Below, piece by piece: positions 62,071 through 64,000 of a DNA stretch of 64,000 nt (position 1 is its first letter; the number at the start of each line of letters is the position of its first letter). The translations under genes and the position numbers were made by a program. The stretch is from the NCBI RefSeq assembly GCF_006345805.1, contig NC_042999.1, positions 169,818,001-169,882,000 of the forward strand, given 5' to 3'. Below the pieces are notes generated by a model that saw nothing but the letters and a program-made list of their open reading frames with translations, had not been told where the DNA came from and made no database searches. The DNA comes from Octopus sinensis (Eukaryota).

Positions 62071-64000
62071 ATAAGATCAAACATAGGTTAATGGAGTGCT
62101 AGATACACTTAAGACGAGGTGATCACGATTGGAAGGTCTTTAGTTATAAGTCTGACTTAAAATTAAACAACACCAGCAAAAGAGATCATTATAAAATACA
62201 AAACCCTCTTTGATTATACGTGAAAGATTAATGTAGGCACACACATACACACACACATAGATACACACACACATACATGCAGACATACATATACACATAC
62301 ACCGAGTAAAAAATTTCAGTTATCTCTCTCTTTCACACATTACTCTCTCTGTCTCTTCACACACACTAACAGAAGCACTTCACTTACACAACATACTGTC
62401 TGTCTCCCACACCCCCATCAAACACACACACGGGGACTTCAAAAAGAAATTCCCTCGTCATAAAATCGCTTCCTCTTAGTCTCTTTCGCTCTCATTACTT
62501 CAAATATTCCCGCAAAGCCATATGTAAAAAAATAAAAGTTTTTTACGGAAATCGACGGAAACGTGTGCTACGACAACCGAAACTTCGCCCAAGATGGACT
62601 TGTCCAACAAGTGTGCAGACTTGTTAGGCAAGATGGACTTGTCCAACAAGTGTGCAGACTTGCTTTTGATCAAGCTGGTCATCATTCCATTAATCAACCG
62701 ATGTTACTAGGAGAGACAACTGATCGTTGACATGGTGATATGGATATTGTCATATTGTATGAACACAAACAGAGAATAAAAAAGGAAGTTATAAATATTT
62801 TCTAGGGAGAGAAATACAAAAGACATATAACGTGAATTACAAGTTTCTTGTAAATATGAAATTAAGTAGGAAATTTGAAAAGAAAAAAATAAATAACACG
62901 AAGGGTGGGAGAACTTAAACGTACATTCACACACACACACAAATACTTACATCTATCTTTCCATCCATACATGCATATACACACACAATAATCAGCAAAT
63001 AAATTTCAGTTTTCATGTGCATACACACACACATAAATACAGTAAATTATATTTCAACATACATGCACACACACACACAGATTTTGATACACGTACCCAT
63101 ATTTGTACACTGACACAGACACACCAGTAAATTAACATACTTTAATACACACAATAAACTATAATACATTTAAATAAATATACATTGACATACACATAGA
63201 AACACACTAACAAATTAGATTTTAAAACACGTGTATATTATGCTCAACACTGATACACAAATGCATAATTATAGACACAAGGTGCGATGACACAGATACA
63301 AGCAGAATCCCATATAGAAAGAAGATGCAACTCACAAAGACAATTCTGGGGGCAAAAAAGGGATTCAACTTGGAGTGTCACCCGTCATTTATCCCATGTG
63401 TGTTAACGATCGTTTACTTAGTTATTGAGTTAACTCGAATTTCACAGATTCACAAAAAAAGCTTGTTACCAAAAGAAAAAGTCTTTAATGACTAGTATAA
63501 GACATTTAAATGTGAAAAAGTTCTTAATAAAAAGACTAAGAAATATTAATAGTGAAATAGGTCTTAACTATTAGTGTGAAAATTAGATGAAAAGCATTTA
63601 CCTTGAAGAGCAGAGGTTTCAGTAAATTGTCAACTTGCTTTTCTCTCTGTAAGCAACAACCAATGTAAACAAGAGCCAACTGCTTCCCAATCGCTCAGTT
63701 TTTCTCCTTTTTACGATATCTAGTAGCAATTTCCTCCTTGGGTTTGTTCAGCTTCTTATCTTTTCTCAAGCTAAACCAGTCACCTTATTTCCCGCCTTGT
63801 AACTGGACTCAGTAAAGTAAAAAGCAGAACCGAAAGGCAGCATACATTCTTGCCAGCTATGCCCTACACTTATAAATATATATCTACACTGCTGAAATAT
63901 TACCCTCGCATGCTGTCAAGAGTCGAGGCTGCTTCCAGTGAAGATTAAAAGAAAAAGATCTCTCGATATTAATGTCGTTTTGACAGAGAAAGTTGTCTGT

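Overview
AT-rich, repeat-dense animal genomic DNA. The tRNA-derived SINE families, (TA)n/(CATA)n microsatellites and RPS9 sequence point to an Octopus-like coleoid cephalopod (inference). Two protein genes converge tail-to-tail in the first 13.4 kb. On +, the last five exons (2392-6143, 182 aa visible, 5' part not found in the window) encode a flavin-reductase-like domain fused to an uncharacterised HET...YYS...P helical domain. On -, a complete 5-exon RPS9 (TCT/TOP start ~13327, ATG 12116, stop 7882, 191 aa). The remaining ~50 kb has no supportable host CDS. It holds three SINE families, RTE LINE pieces including one apparently full-length decayed 4.2 kb copy (51506-55740), CR1, CRE-like and mariner relics, piggyBac/hAT/Helentron-type MITEs and a 100-N gap. 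The most interesting signal is a set of type I hammerhead-ribozyme motifs of Penelope-like type. The best has an unusually long branched stem II and is present twice in a ~255 bp fold-back inserted into the (TA)n of a SINE. All calls come from manual reading; no database searches or folding programs were run.
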